Below, piece after piece: positions 60,088-64,000 of a DNA stretch of 64,000 nucleotides. Numbering within the stretch: the stretch's first letter is position 1; each line of letters opens with the position of its first letter. The notes beneath the pieces were generated by a model, which was not told the origin of the DNA, made no database searches, and saw nothing but the letters and a program-made list of their open reading frames with translations. A program made the position numbers and the translations under genes. Origin of the DNA: an uncultured delta proteobacterium (GTDB lineage Bacteria > Desulfobacterota > Binatia > UBA9968); assembly GCA_963847445.1 (NCBI GenBank), contig CAWJZV010000045.1:168525-232524 (forward strand), read 5' to 3'.

Positions 60088-60861
60088 ATGCCGGAGTCGA
60101 TACGGGTCGAGCGGCTTTGCAAAATATACCGGTCGAGGGATGGAACGGAAGTCGATGCGCTTCGCCAGGTTTCCCTCACGGTGGGCCGCGGAGAATTTGT
60201 CTCCATCGTCGGCCAAAGCGGCTGCGGCAAATCCACGCTGCTTAAAATTCTCGCGGGCCTTCTTGCCAAGTCGAGTGGGTCGATCTTTATCGAGGGCCTG
60301 GACGTGGACGGGCCGCGCAGAGACATTGGCATCATGTTCCAAAAGCCGTTGCTTCTGGAATGGCGCCGGGTGTTGGACAATGTGTTATTGCCTGTCGAGA
60401 TTTATCGGCTCGATCGGAAGGAGTATGAGGAGAAAGCGCGCAGACTGCTCGGCACCGCCGGCCTGGCTGATTTCCTCAGTAAGTACCCGTTTGAGCTTTC
60501 CGGCGGCATGCAGCAACGGGTCGCTCTCTGCCGCGCGCTCGTGGCGGAGCCTTCGCTCCTCTTGATGGACGAGCCTTTCGGCGCCCTCGACACGCTCACC
60601 CGGCAGAAAATGGGCTTTGAACTCCTCCGACTCTGGGGAGAGTGGAAAAGCACGGTGTTGTTTGTCACCCACGATGTCGACGAAGCCGTGATGCTTTCCG
60701 ACAAGGTGCTGGTGATGTCTCCCCGTCCCGGAACGATCCTCGACGTATTTACGGTTGATCTTCCACGACCACGCCAGATTTTCGCCAAAGACACCGCCGA
60801 GTTCATTCACATTAGCAGCCGGATCAGGCGGTGTCTGTGGGAGGAACCCCCCGATGCCTGA
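60088..60861 (+). CDS. ABC transporter ATP-binding protein (NitT/TauT)
   Basis: GQSGCGKS, LSGGMQQR, MDEPFGALD. Confidence 0.95.
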   Translation: MPESIRVERLCKIYRSRDGTEVDALRQVSLTVGRGEFVSIVGQSGCGKSTLLKILAGLLAKSSGSIFIEGLDVDGPRRDIGIMFQKPLLLEWRRVLDNVLLPVEIYRLDRKEYEEKARRLLGTAGLADFLSKYPFELSGGMQQRVALCRALVAEPSLLLMDEPFGALDTLTRQKMGFELLRLWGEWKSTVLFVTHDVDEAVMLSDKVLVMSPRPGTILDVFTVDLPRPRQIFAKDTAEFIHISSRIRRCLWEEPPDA

Positions 60862-61624
60862 GCCGCTTCAAATCAGACGCATCCTGCGAATAACGGTCTT
60901 CTACGTCGCCGCGCTGTTCCTATGGGAAGGGCTGATCCGGCTGCTCCATGTGCCGGAATGGCTTGTGCCCGCGCCCTTGCAAATCATCGACGTAATCGCC
61001 GACAAAAATTCAATCATGATCTTCCATACGCTGGTGACGCTCACGGAGAGCGTGCTGGGCTTTGTTCTTGCTCTTGGTCTCGGCGTTATTTGCGCAATCG
61101 GGATCGTCCACTTTCCACTTCTGCGTGACACCCTCTACCCGACGCTGATCATGTTCAACTCTTTCCCGAAAATCGCGATCGCCCCGCTCTTTGTCGTGTG
61201 GATCGGCGTGGGTATCGAATCGAAGATCGCCAATGCCTTTCTCACCGCACTGTTTCCCATCGTGCTCAACACAATCCTGGGGCTCACCGCCATGGATCCG
61301 GAGCTGCTGGAACTTGTTCGGTCCATGTCGAGGAGCCGTTCGGTTTTGTTCTGGAAAATTCGTCTTCCTCATTCCCTCCCGTACCTCTTTGCCGGATGCA
61401 AGATCGCCATCTCTTTAGCCGTCATTGGAGCGATCGTCGGAGAGTTCATCTCCGGAAGATCCGGGCTGGGCTACTTGGTCCTCTCGGCCAACAACTACTT
61501 CAATACCCCAATGGCCTTCACGGCGCTTCTCTACCTGGTTCTGATGTCACTGGGTCTTTACGGCATGGTGATTTTGGCCGAGAAACTCACCCTTCCCTGG
61601 CACCGTCGGGAAACCTCGGGGTGA
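60854..61624 (+). CDS. ABC transporter permease (NitT/TauT)
   Basis: PKIAIAPLF, GAIVGEF, GLGY. Confidence 0.93.
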   Translation: MPEPLQIRRILRITVFYVAALFLWEGLIRLLHVPEWLVPAPLQIIDVIADKNSIMIFHTLVTLTESVLGFVLALGLGVICAIGIVHFPLLRDTLYPTLIMFNSFPKIAIAPLFVVWIGVGIESKIANAFLTALFPIVLNTILGLTAMDPELLELVRSMSRSRSVLFWKIRLPHSLPYLFAGCKIAISLAVIGAIVGEFISGRSGLGYLVLSANNYFNTPMAFTALLYLVLMSLGLYGMVILAEKLTLPWHRRETSG

Positions 61625-61761
61625 ACCGGGAATGGCCCGGCTTTTCGATCCGGCAGAATTTTTCCATTTCCCGTTAAAATTCGTTCTGCGGAAGAGCTCG
61701 ACGAGCCACAGGTAATTCAGATAATTGCGGCGAGAAAAATACTCCCGGTACATTTTTCTTT

Positions 61762-61948
61762 GCTCACCGGACTGCTCGCGGACGGTAGTTGGGTGCCGAC
61801 GGCGACGGTTCACTTTGCGGCAATGACTACAGCACTTCTCGCCGTCTGGATGGCGGTGCGTATTTTAAATAGAGTTGCGACCGATCTCTCGTCAGTCGTC
61901 AGGCCTTCTGCCGGGCTCAGTGAGTAAACCCGATTAATTCGCGCGAAC
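61762..61948 (+). repeat. Anchor repeat copy 8
   Basis: 61790-61915 nearly identical to 58594-58718. Confidence 0.92.
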
Positions 61949-61969
61949 TGTCACCGGGCCGGCCACAGT

Positions 61970-62683
61970 TTAAAGCGCGGCCGGAACTTTCCGCTTCCAG
62001 AGCTCCCAAGTACGTCTGATCTGGGTCGCGTCCGGCCCTGAACGGGCGTTTACTTTCGTCGCTTCTTCCGGCGCCAAGTAGATCAACGGTCCGCTCAGCA
62101 TCGCAGCCTGAAGCTGCAGCCGAGCATTGAGCTCCGTTTGGATCGCCCGATAGACGACTTGCTGCACAGTCTCTCCGACCACGACGTTGCCGTGGCCGCG
62201 CAGCAGTGCCACGGCACCTTGACCCAAGGTCTTGCCGAGGGCCTTGCCGAGCTCGCCGTTGCCGATAAGCAAGTCCGTCATGCCGGCGACGTTACGGATA
62301 TCAAAAACCGGCACCGAGGGAGAAAGGAATGCGGCGCCGTTAAACACCGGCTGCAGTGGTGTCCGGCTGATGCTGAATGGAATCGTGGTCGGGGAATGGC
62401 TGTGAATCACTGCCATAACATCGGGCCGCGCCTTGTACGCCTCGCCGTGGATAAACCGCTCGAGAAACACCTCCCGGCCTTGACCCTCGACGGCGTTGGA
62501 ATCGAGGTCGTATTCCAGGACGTCGGAAGCCGTCACCAGAGCCGGCGCGAGGGAGCGCGACATCAGGTAACGCTGCGGATTATCCGGATGGCGCATGCTC
62601 ACATGGCCGAGGCCGTCGAGGACGCCTTCGTTGGCGAGGATATGGCTCGCGGCTACGAGATTCCCGATGATCTGTTCGTCCAT
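61970..62683 (-). CDS. Class II aldolase/adducin family protein (copy 2)
   Basis: Near-identical to 56106..56819 (one amino-acid change, R to G). Confidence 0.9.
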   Translation of the reverse strand: MDEQIIGNLVAASHILANEGVLDGLGHVSMRHPDNPQRYLMSRSLAPALVTASDVLEYDLDSNAVEGQGREVFLERFIHGEAYKARPDVMAVIHSHSPTTIPFSISRTPLQPVFNGAAFLSPSVPVFDIRNVAGMTDLLIGNGELGKALGKTLGQGAVALLRGHGNVVVGETVQQVVYRAIQTELNARLQLQAAMLSGPLIYLAPEEATKVNARSGPDATQIRRTWELWKRKVPAAL

Positions 62684-62954
62684 GAAATCGTCTCCTTGAC
62701 CGGGGTATGGTCGTTGCAAAATTGTCGGCTACCGTCCCCACTTTCCTCTCCTGAAACGAAAACAGGGGCGCGTTACCGAAAGATCACGGTGCCAGCGACT
62801 TGAAGAAAAAGAATAGAGAAATTTATTTCACGGGAACGCCTGTGCCTACTTGACCTGCCGGCTAATGGGCGACCCCTTTTGGGTTCTCCTTTTGGATTCT
62901 TCATGTGGCGCTTCCATTTGCGGGATGATGTCAAGAAACGTCGTCGAAGTGAAG

Positions 62955-63135
62955 CGCCGGTTGGATAGCGGTGCGGGCTGAGCGTTAGAGCGTTTAAATG
63001 GATAAATAAAGTCAACGCGACCGATCTATCGTACGCAGCAGACCTTCTGACGGGCTCGGCGGGTGATCCCGAATAATTAGTCAAAGCGAAACAACAGAAC
63101 TGCGCTCTCACGTCGAAAAAGTAATGAGACCGACT
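62955..63135 (+). repeat. Anchor repeat copy 9
   Basis: GCCGGTTGGATAGCGGTGCGGGCTGAGCG..CGCGACCGATCT..GGGCTCGGCGGGTGATCCCGAATAATT..AAACAACAG..GCTCTCACGT..TGAGACCGAC. Confidence 0.85.
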
Positions 63136-63224
63136 CACGCTGCGTCTTCGCGCAAGGTTCGCCAGCCAGTCTACAGCTCCACGGTATCGACTTATCGAAC
63201 CAGGGCTCTGGGCGTTCAAACGGC

Positions 63225-63253
63225 TTGTTCCCAAAATGGGAAGGCGCTATTGT
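63225..63253 (+). promoter_or_regulatory. higBA promoter/operator (leaderless)
   Basis: TTGTTC-17-TATTGT with palindrome TTCCCAAAATGGGAA; GTG start 5 nt after the -10. Confidence 0.65.
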
Positions 63254-63258
63254 AGATT

Positions 63259-63552
63259 GTGCGAATTATATCGGTGAAGACACTGAAGTCCTTTTGGCAG
63301 AAGCATCCGGATGCCGAGAGTCCCTTAAGAGCATGGTATACAGAGGCCAAGAGAGCCGACTGGAGAAAGCCGCAGGACATCAAGACTGCGTACCGTGGGG
63401 CGAGCATTCTTCGCAACAACCGCGTCGTATTCAACGTTAAGGGAAATACGCACCGGTTGGTCGTAGCCGTCAAGTACGAGTTTCAGGTTGTGTATATCCG
63501 TTTCATTGGCACCCATACTGAGTACGACAAAATCAACGCAGAAGAGGTCTGA
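63259..63552 (+). CDS. higB: HigB (YgjN-type) mRNA interferase toxin
   Basis: MRIIS..LKSFWQKHPDA, RVVFNVKGN, IRFIGTHTEYDKI. Confidence 0.93.
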   Translation: MRIISVKTLKSFWQKHPDAESPLRAWYTEAKRADWRKPQDIKTAYRGASILRNNRVVFNVKGNTHRLVVAVKYEFQVVYIRFIGTHTEYDKINAEEV

Positions 63553-63553
63553 C

Positions 63554-63904
63554 ATGACGATCAAACCCATCAAAACCGAAAGGGACTACCAGAAAGCCCT
63601 TAAGGAGATTGAAAAGCTTTGGGACGCCAAGCCGAACACCGCAAAGGGCGACCGGTTGGACGTGCTGGTCACGCTGGTCGAGATGTATGAGCAGAAACAC
63701 TACAGGATCGACCCTCCCGATCCGATCGAGGCCATAAAGTTCCGCATGGAACAGCTTGATCTCAAGCCATCGGACCTGGCCGATATTCTCGGGGGCCGGA
63801 ACCGAGTGTCGGAAATTCTCAACAAAAAAAGGAAGCTGACAGTTGAGATGATGCGGTCTTTGCGCAAACGCCTCGCTATCCCCGCTGACTCGCTACTTGC
63901 ATGA
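63554..63904 (+). CDS. higA: HigA (YgjM-type) HTH antitoxin
   Basis: IKPIKTERDYQKAL, PDPIEAIKFRMEQ, VSEILNKKRKL. Confidence 0.93.
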   Translation: MTIKPIKTERDYQKALKEIEKLWDAKPNTAKGDRLDVLVTLVEMYEQKHYRIDPPDPIEAIKFRMEQLDLKPSDLADILGGRNRVSEILNKKRKLTVEMMRSLRKRLAIPADSLLA

Positions 63905-64000
63905 GCGTTAGTCTACCTTCTGATCACAGTCCAAGAACCAAAGCGTTGCATGAGTCCTTACACGTAACCGTGCGCCTACCGCTCCGCGATGGAGGAGCTT

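Noticed and set aside
31272-63135. Classical integron (attC array) or CRISPR array
   Set aside because: No IntI or cas genes; repeats are 100-350 bp, irregularly spaced by kilobases, and lack clear RYYYAAC/GTTRRRY-bounded attC palindromes; modules are multi-gene and in both orientations.

Overview
Bacterial chromosomal window, GC-rich. The 16S sequence is Deltaproteobacteria-like, and the gene content suggests Candidatus Binatia/Binatota (inference). Many single-base frameshifts fall in essential genes (tyrS, rny), which points to an indel-prone long-read assembly. 1-18 kb is mostly core: a NikR-controlled TonB receptor and MFS, cytochrome c/SCO, the zapB-zapA-6S-ygfA-rny-ymdB-tyrS block, a complete 16S-Ile-Ala-23S-5S rRNA operon, an RRM protein and an ABC-F ATPase. 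19-31 kb holds miscellaneous metabolic genes. 31-64 kb is an accessory region of catabolic and transport modules: CoxMSL-like Mo-hydroxylase flanked by two DUF3891-like genes, TctAC, MmgE/PrpD, a ThDP enzyme, an amidase, an ABC transporter and a duplicated class II aldolase. It also carries four toxin-antitoxin pairs. The most striking observation is that these modules are separated by about nine same-orientation, variably diverged copies of a 100-350 bp repeat. The repeat is built from the 3' end of one of two resident MFS genes plus a shared ~180 bp downstream sequence, often ending in a CAAGAC(T/C)TGACC(CC)-type motif. The result looks like an integron-like cassette array, but no attC sites and no integrase are visible in the window.
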